From an uncultured bacterium (lineage in GTDB: Bacteria > Ratteibacteria > UBA8468 > B48-G9 > DSTR01), in the NCBI GenBank assembly GCA_964645405.1, contig CAZYCA010000034.1, forward strand, positions 6,131 to 70,130: a DNA stretch of 64,000 nt, given 5' to 3'. The notes under the pieces were generated by a model that searched no databases, was not told where the DNA came from, and saw only the letters and a program-made list of their open reading frames with translations. Of the stretch, positions 46,901-57,248 are shown piece after piece. The stretch's first letter is position 1. Every line of letters starts with the position of its first letter. The translations under genes and the position numbers were made by a program.

Positions 46901-48016
46901 TGTATAATCCACAATAACAGATAACCTTTCCCGCGAGGGGAGAAATCTCGGGAAAACATAAACCAGAGGAACTTCTTTAGCTACCCGGGGAATGAAACGG
47001 TCTACCGGAAAATTAACCCTTCGCTGGAGAGAGAAGATAGGTTTTTGCTCCCAGAGAGCTTCCAGATGGACAGTGTTGAAAGATAAGAGTTTCTGTTTTT
47101 TACCCAGAACTACTTCTACCACCTGGCCTGGATTAACAGTCACTGTTTGTTTCTCGGTGCCCAGGGAAACAGTTTCCGCTCCCCGGGTTGCCTGGCCCTG
47201 AGCTGTAAGGGAGAGAGAAACTTCCTGAGATTTTTCAGCAGAATTGGCAATTTCTAACTTCACCTGTAACTGAGCATCAAGCAACGGGTGAGGATTGACG
47301 ACCCGGACAGCAGGTGCCCGGCTATCAAAGACAATATCACAACCAACCCGGGCATCATTCAAGCCGCCAGAACCGTTCAAAGCAGACCAGTAATAATCCG
47401 AATAGGTTCTGTCTAAATTCATTCTCCACTTTGCTCCATCAGCTGGTGGTGATGGCACCATGGAAGAAAAAGGAATTCTTACCTCGCAGACCCAGTGTGT
47501 ACCATCAACACTGTTGGCAATTTCCGCACCACTTTCCCAGGAATTGTGACTTTCTGCAGAATTGGGAACAAACTTGCAATCCCAGAGAGTACCCAGCGCA
47601 TTGATAGCCAGGTAAAAGACAGGGAAATCAAACCTTTCTATGTCCGGTCCTGAACCTGGTGCCAGCATAATTTCTAAACAGTCATCACCGATAATGGAAA
47701 GGTGGTCATGCACGACACAGGAGGCAACAATGGTATTGGTGTTGGACGCCAGAGAATCCATGGCAAGATAAAGATTTTCTTTGTCCCGGAAAACATAAAA
47801 AACTGGCTGTTCCATTCTGATGTTACGCGTACCAACAGTTTCCAGCATGGTCAAAGCAGCAGCAAACTGCCACTCCCCTTCTGAAATTTTCCCGTCAATC
47901 ACCGGTGGTTCAGGACAAGCGGGGATAACGAAAAAAGGGTCCTGTGCGCACAAAACCATCCCTGCCAGCAGGAAAAATAAAATACTGCTTCCTTTTCCTT
48001 TCATTTTTGCCTCCAC
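43937..48016 (-). CDS. Giant secreted protein: N-terminal CBM9-like domain, 'ADSDKGW' family core, plus C-terminal roughly 200-aa beta-sandwich-like domain shared with the adjacent gene
   Basis: Signal peptide 'MEAKMKGKGSSILFFLLAGMVLCAQDP'. 'PPVIDGKISEGEWQFAAAL', 'CFCYAADSDKGWLIRDDAPAVEAY'. C-terminal 'IRFYSSSDGKEWKLDAEVKR...PEFVLLGNGHKGEK'. Confidence 0.6.
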   Translation of the reverse strand: MEAKMKGKGSSILFFLLAGMVLCAQDPFFVIPACPEPPVIDGKISEGEWQFAAALTMLETVGTRNIRMEQPVFYVFRDKENLYLAMDSLASNTNTIVASCVVHDHLSIIGDDCLEIMLAPGSGPDIERFDFPVFYLAINALGTLWDCKFVPNSAESHNSWESGAEIANSVDGTHWVCEVRIPFSSMVPSPPADGAKWRMNLDRTYSDYYWSALNGSGGLNDARVGCDIVFDSRAPAVRVVNPHPLLDAQLQVKLEIANSAEKSQEVSLSLTAQGQATRGAETVSLGTEKQTVTVNPGQVVEVVLGKKQKLLSFNTVHLEALWEQKPIFSLQRRVNFPVDRFIPRVAKEVPLVYVFPRFLPSRERLSVIVDYTAWAKKTGFFGDGISAEISVWPKGKELEKPVMNGKLTEFKDCRGVWRQSTKNLPEGEYSVLVTLASKTGQLIAKHEDWFEKRIFDWMVNPRGKGEKVPAPYIPLKVSGRSVQVWGRTYSFQTSGLPESFLTQGKNYLKAPVTLLAQTAEGDVSWKTVSPFSFEEISPAAVSGRSVISGNKLKVELESITEYDGFVLFRMRYGPEKDTVTVRKMQVKIPLDARYTKFFSAAGDTQGVCIQGALLPEKEGKVYDSMKDTRSVCCSPTFATLFWVGDYDTCFCYAADSDKGWLIRDDAPAVEAYREGEQVIVYLNLVDKEYNLNQSRELEFAFQAGPTKPMIDNYRGIQDGGNPGDAPLTIIQVGGSGNCGGGGTHILHPGDTPEIRKQCRERLEKVIAGGNKAVVGYHYWGTVPKGRVETRVFRGEWGIDRYTWDANKAVREWEWQNKFYGDNRDLYIISYVKCVPSYVDFITYAYDEMLKYTPLSGFYDDTGYPKPVFDEELGLGFIREDGRKVYSSGLWIYRERWKRAAYVNFLHNRPNFLRDSQHCHAHFMPAYHFIGLWAPCEHGYYNPFKDRDNLGFYGSVDRFVAYNPGRQFGQPGMIGMSSPQWEAAAFVRDTRNMMMLAFLNDQDVGSFGSRDTRTVCRLRAARNIFRPWEKDTTFTGYWEAEKTVKRNNEKVLVSYYRKGNGLLFILGNTSFQEEKVTVEPDWKTLGFNHAGLNCFNPETGEAISLSAGNSKTGFSVKVPARDVLLVLAGKPGAYIPRNVDLTAPSLLPEKILNSLSDTFTGQQLSSSWLKDLHEGNASVSMIDGRLCVQGDHYGYAHIRKVINQDNISVQCLILRAPSGGQDTSGGSLFLVWPNGEFVQATPGVNEKKFLYTGSSIGLRRGSPISTESIFGWYPFMANWVKISLNPETIRFYSSSDGKEWKLDAEVKRGEKYAGPPEFVLLGNGHKGEKPHLDNVHPAHFNPQSRSPVTFFSDFFVGREE

Positions 48017-48019
48017 TTT

Positions 48020-51000
48020 TCAGGTTTCCCGGGAAACAATAAATTCACTGATGTAACAGGGAGAAGAGGTAGAATCCCATTTCTCATCATTCTGAAAAAC
48101 TTCACCTTCTCCTTCTCTTCCCCTGCCAATTATCAGATAGACCGGGGCTTGTTTACAGGTATCAGGCCTTTTTATTTCTGCTTCCAGGTTCCAGGTCTGA
48201 CCATCCAGAGAAGAAAAATACCTGATTTTCTCCTCAGTCAGGGAAATTTTTAACCAGAAGTCGTAGAAATTGTTGTCTGTCACAGCCATGCGTCTGGGTG
48301 CCAGATTTATCCTTCGCTGACCGTGCCCGGAAATCACCAGCTGGTCATTACCACCGCAGAAACTGCAAAAATTACCTTTCCCCCAGTAGAGCTTTATCCC
48401 CGGATTCCAGCCAGTATCACCACCGGTCGGCTGTATCTGAAACCTCGCCTGGACAGAAATATTTTCAAAACCTTTTCCTGGTTGCCTTGCCAGGTACTGA
48501 TACTTGTAATGTTTGCCTTCCAGAATCAGTTTGCCATTTTCTGCTTTTATTCCGCCACCAGTTACCTGAGCTGGCGAAGTAAAAATATACCAGTTATTCT
48601 TCAGTCCCGGTGTTGTCTGAAAATCATTCTGAAAAAGGACTTCTGCAGGTGGAGGTAACCTGCTTATCAGTTCCTGTAAGGAATGGGGATTATTATCCAC
48701 TCTCACCCGGCCAAAATAAACAGGCACAGAATCTGGACCGGGGGAGATATTCCGGCCTTCTTTCAGCCAGGCAGAAAGTGTTATCAGGACAGTCCTACCA
48801 GTCCAGGCACCTAAGGATATTTCTACAGGCTTCCAGTCTTTTGTCCTCTCCAGGTGGTCCTGCCAGATAATTTTTCCATTCACTGCCACGGCAACCACCA
48901 TGGCTGGAAGTGACCGGGAACGGTCCTGGCTGTCATAGGCTAAATCAAACTTTAGAGAAGGTTTACTGTTTTCCACTAAAGAAATCCATTGTTCGGTATA
49001 ACCCCGGAAACGGCCTGTACCTAAAGCCACGCAGGGATATTCCTTACCAGCCAGCTGATAATTTTTTCTCAAGACTGCCTGATTGTAAGACCAATCCCTA
49101 TCAGGAAGACCATTAGCCAGGGTCTGCCCCCTGGCAGCAATGAAATCACTGCGGATTCTACCATCCTTAGGTTGCACTTCTTTCCACAGGAGAACCAGGC
49201 CTCCAGGAGTAAAAGTTTTTACCGTAATTTTCTGACTGGTTTCTGCATTTTTGAAAATTTCTCCGGTGCTGTCCAGAATTTGTAAACAGGGCTGATGAAA
49301 TAATATCTCCAGTGCACATTCTTTTTCTTTTCCATCTATCGTCTCCAGGCTAACCACACTCCAGTTACCGGAGTGGTGGAATTCCTGGATTATTACTCCT
49401 TCAGATATCCCGGTAATGGTAAAAGGCTGTTCCTCTTGTTTTTTCCCGGGAACCAGAAAGTATGTTGCCCGGGGATTAAGACCAAGCGGCTGATTATCAC
49501 GCATAGCAGGCCAGCCCTGGATATAACAAGGCTCAGAGAAGGGACTGCTGGTTACTCCAGAAAGTCTTACCAGTCTGGGCTGAAAAGTTTTCCCGGTTAA
49601 TTCTACATAACCATCGCCGTAAGGTAGTTTCCGGTACTGAAACCATTTGCCATTTCTACCCCGATAGTAAGCCAGGGCTTCTTCTTCCCATTTTTCTGGC
49701 AAATCATTAAATAATTCTTCTTCTGTAAACAGTTTCACCCTGGCTACTGACCAGTCATCTTTCAGGTTAAGTTCCGGCAGTCCGCCTACCAGTGCTGATT
49801 CATCCGGTTCAATTCCGGCTTCTCTTGTCCAGGTGTAACTTCCCCACAGTGCTGTCCGCAGGGGATGGTTAAGTTTGCTTTTAATGGAGGGATAAGCCCG
49901 GGGTAAAGTGAAATGGCTGGCACCTTCCCAGGTATAAAAAGTATAGGGCACAGTCCACTGACTCTGGCATTCACTCATGATAGCTAAATGCGGATGGGCT
50001 TTTCTCAATTCTTTTAAGGCTACTGCCTCACCATCCCGATAAAGAAAACCATCCATCACCTTTCTTTCTGCAGGAAACATGTAGCCGTGGTCCGCACCAA
50101 GAATATCAAAGTAACAACCAGAAGCCCCATGAAAAGCACAGTAGTTGCCGTAGTTACGCACCAGGTATTCTCTGACCAGACGGCTACCAGGATGAAGTAC
50201 CCACAGCCCTTCCATTTCCTCCATAGTTTTATCTTTCGGCTGATAGTATCCCGTAGCCACTGGACGGAAATAATCATAAAATTTTTCTGGTGGGCCCCGG
50301 TAATCAGGAGTGAAAACATAGCCTTCAGGAAAACCCCAGTTCTTCTCCTTGATTTCCTGGTAACGTTTAATCAAACCCTTAGGGGAATAAATCAGGGTCC
50401 AGGGATAATAAGCCATCCAGCGGAAGCCATATTTTTTAATTGCCGCTACCACCGGTTCTTTCGGCCAGCCCAGCCTGGTCATATACCGGTGGTCACCAAA
50501 AGCCACAATTCCGTTTCCATTCCAGTAGAAGAGAAGAATCTTTGCCGGGTCGACCTTTTCTGCCAGTTTCTGGTAGTAGCGGTCAGATTCTTCTGGAGAG
50601 GGAGAACCATGGGCACCCCCTGGCGCACCTGTGTGCACAGCATGAATTTTCCTCACCCAGGGACAGTCATTCTCCCATAATGGCTTAGCACCAGTGGTTT
50701 TCTCATAACTTTTCCGGTATTGTTTCACTGCCTCCAGCCAGGTGGGAAAAACGTCAAATCTCCAGAGGACAGAACTGGTCTGCAGGTTACTTTTTTCTCT
50801 AAGATCTCTTTCTGTAGTCAGAAATAGCCCATCTGCCTCCGGCTCATGGTGGATAACTACATTATGGCCAGCAAAAAAATCAGTGGACCAGAGGAAAAGA
50901 CAACTTCTCTCTCCTTCCACCACTGCCAGCGGTGGGGAATAAAGGTTGTTAGCCCAGCGGACACTATAATTTATGACAGGTGCATCCTGGCGTGTGTACT

Positions 51001-51538
51001 TAGCTCCAGAACCAAGAATAACAGCTCTGGTCTTCAGATTGGTTAAGGGAAGGCTGGAATTCTCCGGAACACTGGATGGTTCTGTCACCCTAATCACTGT
51101 TTTAACCAGCACCCCACCACTGGTGGTATCAACGGAAATATAATAATCTACCGCGTCAAGCTGATTCTTACTTCCCGGAAGGTTAGTATAGGTCAAAATA
51201 CCCTGGTCCGCACCAGCCTGCTGCCACAAACAACTTGATTCTGGCCCTGGCCGGAGTAATTGTTTCTTACCTTCCATTTTTCCCAGATGTTCCCAGGGGT
51301 TCCCCTGAGAGAAAACTTCCCCGGTGGCAACATTTTTTAGAGAGGATATCACTCCTCCTTCTATCACCAGTTCCAGTTTTTTCGTTCTGACAAAAAGTCT
51401 GTTGTCTTCAAAGTGAAAAAAAGGTTGAGAAAAGAGATAATTACCGGAAAGAGTAAGAAGAAAAAGGAGAAATCTTGCGGGGAAATAAATTCTCATAAAC
51501 GAGAAAAAACTACCGCGAAAAACTGACTTTTCTCTCAT
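48020..51538 (-). CDS. Giant secreted hypothetical protein (distinct N-terminal architecture) with the same C-terminal roughly 200-aa domain as 43937..48016
   Basis: Signal-like N-terminus. C-terminal '[20 protein letters not shown]...KLYWGKGNF...[34 protein letters not shown]...[14 protein letters not shown]' aligns block by block with the downstream gene's C-terminus. 3-nt gap to the downstream gene. Its start overlaps the upstream DUF1559 stop. Confidence 0.55.
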   Translation of the reverse strand: MREKSVFRGSFFSFMRIYFPARFLLFLLTLSGNYLFSQPFFHFEDNRLFVRTKKLELVIEGGVISSLKNVATGEVFSQGNPWEHLGKMEGKKQLLRPGPESSCLWQQAGADQGILTYTNLPGSKNQLDAVDYYISVDTTSGGVLVKTVIRVTEPSSVPENSSLPLTNLKTRAVILGSGAKYTRQDAPVINYSVRWANNLYSPPLAVVEGERSCLFLWSTDFFAGHNVVIHHEPEADGLFLTTERDLREKSNLQTSSVLWRFDVFPTWLEAVKQYRKSYEKTTGAKPLWENDCPWVRKIHAVHTGAPGGAHGSPSPEESDRYYQKLAEKVDPAKILLFYWNGNGIVAFGDHRYMTRLGWPKEPVVAAIKKYGFRWMAYYPWTLIYSPKGLIKRYQEIKEKNWGFPEGYVFTPDYRGPPEKFYDYFRPVATGYYQPKDKTMEEMEGLWVLHPGSRLVREYLVRNYGNYCAFHGASGCYFDILGADHGYMFPAERKVMDGFLYRDGEAVALKELRKAHPHLAIMSECQSQWTVPYTFYTWEGASHFTLPRAYPSIKSKLNHPLRTALWGSYTWTREAGIEPDESALVGGLPELNLKDDWSVARVKLFTEEELFNDLPEKWEEEALAYYRGRNGKWFQYRKLPYGDGYVELTGKTFQPRLVRLSGVTSSPFSEPCYIQGWPAMRDNQPLGLNPRATYFLVPGKKQEEQPFTITGISEGVIIQEFHHSGNWSVVSLETIDGKEKECALEILFHQPCLQILDSTGEIFKNAETSQKITVKTFTPGGLVLLWKEVQPKDGRIRSDFIAARGQTLANGLPDRDWSYNQAVLRKNYQLAGKEYPCVALGTGRFRGYTEQWISLVENSKPSLKFDLAYDSQDRSRSLPAMVVAVAVNGKIIWQDHLERTKDWKPVEISLGAWTGRTVLITLSAWLKEGRNISPGPDSVPVYFGRVRVDNNPHSLQELISRLPPPAEVLFQNDFQTTPGLKNNWYIFTSPAQVTGGGIKAENGKLILEGKHYKYQYLARQPGKGFENISVQARFQIQPTGGDTGWNPGIKLYWGKGNFCSFCGGNDQLVISGHGQRRINLAPRRMAVTDNNFYDFWLKISLTEEKIRYFSSLDGQTWNLEAEIKRPDTCKQAPVYLIIGRGREGEGEVFQNDEKWDSTSSPCYISEFIVSRET

Positions 51539-52227
51539 TCGTAATACCAGGGATATTTACCGGAGACAGGTACAGCTATATTTTGTCTGGTCACCCACTG
51601 ACAGTGACCATCCAGAAAGAGAATATTAACGCCATCAGAGTGCCGGAAGGATGGTCCCCCCATATTTCCAGTGATTTCGTAGTTGTAGTAAATCCAGGGA
51701 GAAGCACCGTCATTGGCTCCAGGGGTGTAATACTTATCCATAATAAAATAGAGCTGGTCAGGCTTTTTAATCCTTGCCATTTTCAACCCCCGGTAGGTAA
51801 CATTGTTGGTGGAATTATAGCCGACTTCTGTTCCAGCAATTCTCATGTTATATCCATAGTGGCCATAACACCTGTCACTACCGGTTGGTACTCTTGTTTC
51901 ACTGGGACAAACAAGGATATGGTTTTTCTTCCAGGAAGGGGAAAGCATCCAGGGTTTACCTTTAATGTAACCTCCCTCCACGATGATGTCTGTCCAGTTT
52001 CTTAGATTCCCTGGTCCATAGTAATATCCTCTTGGTAGCACCAGGTCTTCCCAGTCAATGGCATACATCTGGACAATGGTTGCCAGTTGTTTCAGATTGT
52101 TAAGGCAGTAAGCCTGTCTTGCTTTCTCCCTGGCTTTTGCCAGAGCCGGAAGTAACAGCGCAGCTAAGATGGCAATAATCGCTACCACCACTAAAAGCTC
52201 AATCAAAGTAAATCCCTTCTTTTGCAT
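51535..52227 (-). CDS. DUF1559 protein (pseudopilin-like, prepilin N-terminus plus H-X9-DG motif)
   Basis: '[46 protein letters not shown]' and C-terminal '[15 protein letters not shown]'. Its stop is fused to the start of the 1172-aa gene (ATGA-type overlap). Confidence 0.85.
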   Translation of the reverse strand: MQKKGFTLIELLVVVAIIAILAALLLPALAKAREKARQAYCLNNLKQLATIVQMYAIDWEDLVLPRGYYYGPGNLRNWTDIIVEGGYIKGKPWMLSPSWKKNHILVCPSETRVPTGSDRCYGHYGYNMRIAGTEVGYNSTNNVTYRGLKMARIKKPDQLYFIMDKYYTPGANDGASPWIYYNYEITGNMGGPSFRHSDGVNILFLDGHCQWVTRQNIAVPVSGKYPWYYE

Positions 52228-52383
52228 AGTCCACCCCTTTTTACACTATAATTCTAACACCTGTGAAAAAATTTGTCAATACCCTGCCGAAATAGAAAGA
52301 TAACTGTTTGCCTGAGGTTGCGGAAAGGGTAAAAAAAGTATATATTCTCATCAAAGCCAGTATTTTTAAAAAGGCAGGAAATT

Positions 52384-52971
52384 GTGAATATTGCTTCGGC
52401 GATAGCGCTTTTGTTTCTTGTCCTGGACCCTGTGGGAAACATTCCAGTATTTCTGACAGTTTTAAAAAATGTAGACAGGAGAAGACACACCAGAATTATC
52501 CTGCGAGAACTCTGTATTGCCCTTGGAGTGTTAATTATTTTCCTTTTTTCCGGCTCCACAATTCTGCACATTCTTGCCATCACCGAACCATCACTCAGTA
52601 TTGCAGCGGGAATTATCCTTTTCCTTATAGCCATCAAGATGATTTTCCCTGTTCCTGAGGGAATCTTCGGGAAAAGTCCGGAAGGTGAACCGTTTGTCGT
52701 TCCACTGGCTATTCCTCTCATTGCCGGTCCTTCAGCTATTACTACACTTCTTCTTCTCATCAGCAGGGAACCTTCCCGCTGGCTGGAATGGCTGGTTGCC
52801 CTTCTCTGTGCCTGGTTTTTATCTGGCGTAATTCTGCTGGCTTCAGCTCCTTTGCACCGGCTTCTGGGAGAAAGAGGACTCATTGCCCTGGAACGGGTAA
52901 TGGGCATGCTGCTTACAACTATCGCCGTGCAGATGTTTCTCTCCGGACTGAAACAGGCAATTTTGCAGTAA
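52384..52971 (+). CDS. MarC family (UPF0056) integral membrane protein
   Basis: 'ALLFLVLDPVGNIPVFLTVL...' with six hydrophobic helices is the typical MarC pattern. GTG start. Confidence 0.8.
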   Translation: MNIASAIALLFLVLDPVGNIPVFLTVLKNVDRRRHTRIILRELCIALGVLIIFLFSGSTILHILAITEPSLSIAAGIILFLIAIKMIFPVPEGIFGKSPEGEPFVVPLAIPLIAGPSAITTLLLLISREPSRWLEWLVALLCAWFLSGVILLASAPLHRLLGERGLIALERVMGMLLTTIAVQMFLSGLKQAILQ

Positions 52972-53129
52972 AAGAAAGCGGAAATGCAAAGTCTATTACA
53001 TGAAATTCTGGTTTTCCAGGAGAAGCAACGATTTACAAAAAGCGTTTCTGGCTTCTGGTGGCGGAAAAATTTACTGGAAGGGAAAAGAGTAGCTGAGTGA
53101 ATCTTCTGTTGTCTGGATAACATTTTCCC

Positions 53130-53918
53130 ATGATTAAAGAACTGGCTGTTTACCACTGGAAAGAAAAAGACTTTCCTGAAGGAGTGCTGCGGCTGGAATA
53201 CCTCAGTTGTTTTGATCAGAAGAAAGACTGGGCTTTGCTGCAGGTGCAGAAAACCGACTGGCTGGTTAAGCTCCACGGTCATGGCTCTTCCGGGGACCAG
53301 ATATACACGCGGCAGGATTTAAAAAATACCTGGTTACCGAGGTTTCTCACTGCTGGATTCAGTCTTTTCAGTCCTAATCTGAGAGGCAATGCCTGGATGT
53401 CACCACAGGCAGTCTCTGATCTGCATGGACTTCTTGGTTATTTAAGGGAAAAGTTTCACGCCAGACGTTTTTTCTTCTTCAGCGGGTCCATGGGTGGCAC
53501 CGGTAACCTCATTTACTCTGCTCTTCATCCTGAAGATGTCACCGCAGTGGTGGCTCTTTGCCCGGCAACTGATTTAACTCTTTATTACCACTGGTGCCGG
53601 GAGCAAAAAGAACCATGTGTCCTGAAAGAAATTGCTGCTGCCATTGAAAATTCTTACGGTGGTCCTCCTGAATCCTTACCCCACCTTTACCAACAGCATT
53701 CCGCCCTAACTAATTGCTCTCGTCTGGTTATGCCAGTGTGTGTAATCCACGGTGATGCTGACGCTATTATTCCGGTTGAGCTATCACGTCTTCTGGCCAG
53801 ATGTTTGAAAAATCACCGCCAGTTTTTTTACCTGGAGATACCCGGGGGTAACCACGATGCACCTTTAAGGGTGGAGGAACCATTTTTGTGGCTTCTGGAG
53901 AAAAGAAAAAATGCCTGA
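53130..53918 (+). CDS. Alpha/beta hydrolase (S9/esterase-like)
   Basis: Nucleophile elbow 'FFFSGSMGGTGN' (GxSxG), a downstream 'IHGDADAIIP' (Asp) and 'GGNHD' (His), the usual catalytic triad order. Confidence 0.7.
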   Translation: MIKELAVYHWKEKDFPEGVLRLEYLSCFDQKKDWALLQVQKTDWLVKLHGHGSSGDQIYTRQDLKNTWLPRFLTAGFSLFSPNLRGNAWMSPQAVSDLHGLLGYLREKFHARRFFFFSGSMGGTGNLIYSALHPEDVTAVVALCPATDLTLYYHWCREQKEPCVLKEIAAAIENSYGGPPESLPHLYQQHSALTNCSRLVMPVCVIHGDADAIIPVELSRLLARCLKNHRQFFYLEIPGGNHDAPLRVEEPFLWLLEKRKNA

Positions 53919-54765
53919 GTGGCAACTGGTAGCCTGTGATCTGGATGGAACACTGCTTGACGATGAAGGTGTTATCCCTGAAGAAAACAAGAAGATGTTA
54001 CAGAAAATAAGTCAGCAGGGTGCCATCATTGCTCTGGCTTCTGGCAGGATGACTGACTGTATTATCCCTTTTGCTGAACAGTTAGGGATAGACTGTGCCA
54101 TCATTGCTTATAACGGTGCTCTCATCAGAGCCAGGGCTAAAGAAAAAAGAAAAATCATTTTTCATAATCCTGTCCCGGCTATCTACGGAGATTTTCTGAT
54201 AGATTATTGCCAGAAAAACCAGTTTCACCTGAACTATTACCTGAATGATTGTCTTTATGCCAGAGAAGATGAAAAACTCAGGAAGTATGCCTTAATCTAT
54301 GCGCGGCAGACAGCTGCGGTATTCCATTTTGTCCCTGATTTAAAGATTTTCCTGGGGCAACAGCCAACAAAGCTTATTCTTATTACCGATGTCTTTAATG
54401 AGAAGCAGCCTTTTCGCACAAGGGACTACCAGTACAGTTTTTTCCAGCAGAAGATGGGAGACAGGATTAACCTTTTCCGCACCAACCCGGAATATCTGGA
54501 GTTCTTGAACAAAGAGGTAGATAAAGGAGTGGGACTTTTAAAGCTTGCCAGTTTCTATGGCATCAGACAGTCTGCTATAGTTGCTTTTGGTGATGGCGAA
54601 AACGATGCAGATATGCTCCTGGCAGCCGGAACTGGAGTGGCTATGGCTAATGCTAAAGAAAAGGTGAAAAAACTGGCAAAGATCGTCCTGGACTGGACCA
54701 ATAACGAAGCAGGAGTCGCCAGATTTCTTAAAAATGAGATGAAAAATTCAAACACAGGCAAGTAG
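53911..54765 (+). CDS. Cof-type HAD-IIB family hydrolase (sugar-phosphate phosphatase-like)
   Basis: HAD motif I 'LVACDLDGTLLDDEG', motif III/IV 'VAFGDGENDADML', and a Cof-like cap region. An 8-nt overlap with the upstream hydrolase. Confidence 0.8.
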   Translation: MPEWQLVACDLDGTLLDDEGVIPEENKKMLQKISQQGAIIALASGRMTDCIIPFAEQLGIDCAIIAYNGALIRARAKEKRKIIFHNPVPAIYGDFLIDYCQKNQFHLNYYLNDCLYAREDEKLRKYALIYARQTAAVFHFVPDLKIFLGQQPTKLILITDVFNEKQPFRTRDYQYSFFQQKMGDRINLFRTNPEYLEFLNKEVDKGVGLLKLASFYGIRQSAIVAFGDGENDADMLLAAGTGVAMANAKEKVKKLAKIVLDWTNNEAGVARFLKNEMKNSNTGK

Positions 54766-56178
54766 CTGCCGGGGAAAGATATTATCCAGACCCAGAAGGC
54801 AGGCCGGGTCCAGCATCTTTTTGATGGCCGCCATTTCCCGGAGACCCTTTCTGCCAAACATCAACTCCAGCCACCTGTGTTTAATCTTGCCAATGCCGTG
54901 TTCAGCAGCAATGGTACCACCCACGGAAATGGCTCTCCGGGCACAGGATTCATAAAGCTGATAAGCTTTTTCCCTTTCTTCCTCTGTTTTCGGAAAGAAG
55001 TTGAAATGCAGGTGGTTTTCCCCGATATGGCCAAAAAGAATGGTCTGGATTTTCTCCTGCTGCATAATCTGGCGGTAAAATTGATACTGTCCGGGAAAGG
55101 ATTCTTCCGGGACAGCAATATCTGCAGCCACCTTGATAATACCTAATTGTCGGAAGTAACGGTTAACATTCTCAGGCAGTTTATGGCGGAACTCAATCAA
55201 TCGCCTGTAATTTTTACTATCATCACCGATAATGGTTTGTACGGTTCTAAACTCCTCAGTGATGCTTATCCATCTTTCTATCTGGCTTTCAGTGGATTCT
55301 GCCTCCACATAAAGCGCAAAGGTGCCTTCAGGTATTTCCGGAAAATCATTCTGGAGAAAGGAAAGTGCACCAGGACAGAAATATTCCAGGCTGTAAACAG
55401 AAAGGTCTGCAGAAGTTTTAATAAGTTTTACCAGTTCTAATAAACGAATGTCATCAGGCAGAAACATAACCATAATGAAACGAGGCGGGGGCTTCTCAAT
55501 CAGGTTGACGGAAATTTCTGTGATGATTCCCAATGTGCCTTCAGAACCAATAATCAAATCAATGGCGTCCATACCAGGCCAGATATAGTAACCAGCAGTG
55601 CATTTTATCTGCGGAGTACGATAGGAAGGAAGGGGAACTTTCAAATGCCCCAAAGGGATGAAACCATTTCTTTCATAAAACTTACCCCTTTCCAGTTCTA
55701 TGATTTCTCCGGTGGTCAACACCATCCGCAGGCTCTGCACATATCTCCTGGTGGAGCCAAACCGAAAACTGTATTCTCCAGAGGCATTGGTGGCTACATT
55801 GCCACCGATAAAGGCACTGCGTTCTGTGGGGAAAGGGGGATAAAACAGGTCATATTTTTCCAGTTCTTCCAGAAAGTTAGTGATGACCACCCCTGCCTGT
55901 AAGCGGGCTTTTTTTTCCTGTGTCTGGATAGAGATTACCTGGTTAAGTTTCTCCAGAGAAATAATAGCTCCATCCCTGGCAACCCGTCCGCCGACAGTAC
56001 CGGTACCTCCTCCAGAAACAGTCAGAGGTATTTTTTCCCGGACACATTCTTGCACCACCTCCACCACCTCTGCTTCATTTTCCGGCAGATAAAGGCTTTC
56101 TGCCTGCGACTGACGGAAGTTGGAGGAATCTTCCAGGTAGGAAAGAATCTCTTCCCGTCCCTTTTTAACAACCATCAA
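54748..56178 (-). CDS. FAD-linked oxidase (FAD_binding_4 / GlcD-D-lactate dehydrogenase-like)
   Basis: 'VVQECVREKIPLTVSGGGTGTVGGRVARDGAIISLEKLNQV' is an FAD-binding PCMH-type domain. C-terminal FAD-oxidase_C-like region. The start overlaps the upstream gene's stop by 4 nt. Confidence 0.75.
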   Translation of the reverse strand: MMVVKKGREEILSYLEDSSNFRQSQAESLYLPENEAEVVEVVQECVREKIPLTVSGGGTGTVGGRVARDGAIISLEKLNQVISIQTQEKKARLQAGVVITNFLEELEKYDLFYPPFPTERSAFIGGNVATNASGEYSFRFGSTRRYVQSLRMVLTTGEIIELERGKFYERNGFIPLGHLKVPLPSYRTPQIKCTAGYYIWPGMDAIDLIIGSEGTLGIITEISVNLIEKPPPRFIMVMFLPDDIRLLELVKLIKTSADLSVYSLEYFCPGALSFLQNDFPEIPEGTFALYVEAESTESQIERWISITEEFRTVQTIIGDDSKNYRRLIEFRHKLPENVNRYFRQLGIIKVAADIAVPEESFPGQYQFYRQIMQQEKIQTILFGHIGENHLHFNFFPKTEEEREKAYQLYESCARRAISVGGTIAAEHGIGKIKHRWLELMFGRKGLREMAAIKKMLDPACLLGLDNIFPRQLLACV

Positions 56179-57239
56179 CTTTCCTCCTGGAGCACTGTAG
56201 GTCTACCTTTCTTGTCCAGTAGCCACCGTGGCCTTTTAATAAACGGACCGCCCTTGAAAATCTGTTTAATGTCTTTTTTCTTTTCCAGGTAATGGAAACA
56301 GCTGCGCATACAACCCCGGGAGCCTCCTATCCCCAAGCCTCCCTGCCCCCAGAACTGAATATAGTGATGACCTTCAATGATGTATCCAGAAGGAAATTCT
56401 GCAGTTTTGCGCCAGCGGCCAGTAGACAAGGGCACACAGAACTTGTAGGCACATTCCTCACTTATTTGTTGCTCTAAAACATCAAAACTGTATCCGGGCA
56501 TAGCGTGAGGGATAAAAGGAGAAACTCTGGGGTCTCCGCCGTGATACATCAACGTACACTTACCGAAATCAACATCAGCCCAGCGGTAGGTTTTGTCTTC
56601 AATCTTGATTTCCACATACTTACCTTCTTTGATATGGGGAATGGCTCCGGGGCATCCTTTTACACAGGCCATATCCAGTTTGCAGATAGAATTTGGCTCC
56701 ACCAGCTGGTCAGGTTCCAGCTCTAAATCAGTAAGAATGGCTGCCAGCCTCTGTCTCGGTCCGAATTCTCTTGTCAGGAAAACTTTAGACCAGCCAATCT
56801 CTCCCAGACCAGCTGCTACCCCGGCAATACGAATAGCTAAATTTACTTCAGGTGTCGGCTGTCCTGGCCGCAAGGGTCTCACATCAGGTGGGTCCTTCTC
56901 GTTTGTCATCCCGGAAAACACAGGGCAGGCTTCATAACCAAAGTTCTCTATATAACAGGCAGTCTCATACAAAGGTAACTGCAAAAAATAGGTGTTGAGA
57001 AGTCCAGAGTAATCAAAGTAAGAATAATTTGGCCAGTAGGTACCTTCTTCAATACCTCTCCATCCACCACGGACAATCCGCCGTCCAACAACAATAACAG
57101 AACGAACCTCCGGGAAGATACTGGCAGGATGCATTCTTTTTGGAGCATCCTTGAACCTTTCAATATTCGCCACGCCAAAAAGGTCCAGTCCCCGGGATAA
57201 GGCATACTCTCTTATTTGTTGCTTGTCTGGTTTAGCCAT
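56175..57239 (-). CDS. QueG/reductive-dehalogenase-superfamily-like Fe-S protein (DUF1730-like N-domain, degenerate ferredoxin motifs), paralog 1
   Basis: 'AIRIAGVAAGLGEIGWSKVFLTREFGPRQRLAAILTDLELEPD' parallels QueG 'RAGLGW.GK.TNL.....GSW.FLGE.LT.LELEPD'. It is followed by 'CKLDMACVKGCPGAIP', a CxxxxACxxxCPxxAI motif that lacks one Cys of the canonical cluster motif. Confidence 0.5.
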   Translation of the reverse strand: MAKPDKQQIREYALSRGLDLFGVANIERFKDAPKRMHPASIFPEVRSVIVVGRRIVRGGWRGIEEGTYWPNYSYFDYSGLLNTYFLQLPLYETACYIENFGYEACPVFSGMTNEKDPPDVRPLRPGQPTPEVNLAIRIAGVAAGLGEIGWSKVFLTREFGPRQRLAAILTDLELEPDQLVEPNSICKLDMACVKGCPGAIPHIKEGKYVEIKIEDKTYRWADVDFGKCTLMYHGGDPRVSPFIPHAMPGYSFDVLEQQISEECAYKFCVPLSTGRWRKTAEFPSGYIIEGHHYIQFWGQGGLGIGGSRGCMRSCFHYLEKKKDIKQIFKGGPFIKRPRWLLDKKGRPTVLQEES

Positions 57240-57248
57240 GTTTTTCCC

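Noticed and set aside
50087-50688. Plus-strand ORFs of 197 aa and 82 aa inside the 1172-aa gene
   Set aside because: They are antisense to a long coherent secreted-protein gene and have no supporting motifs.
52254-53282. 342-aa minus-strand ORF
   Set aside because: It overlaps, in antisense, the well-conserved MarC membrane protein and the start of the alpha/beta hydrolase. Its Arg/Ser-rich composition is typical of a spurious frame.
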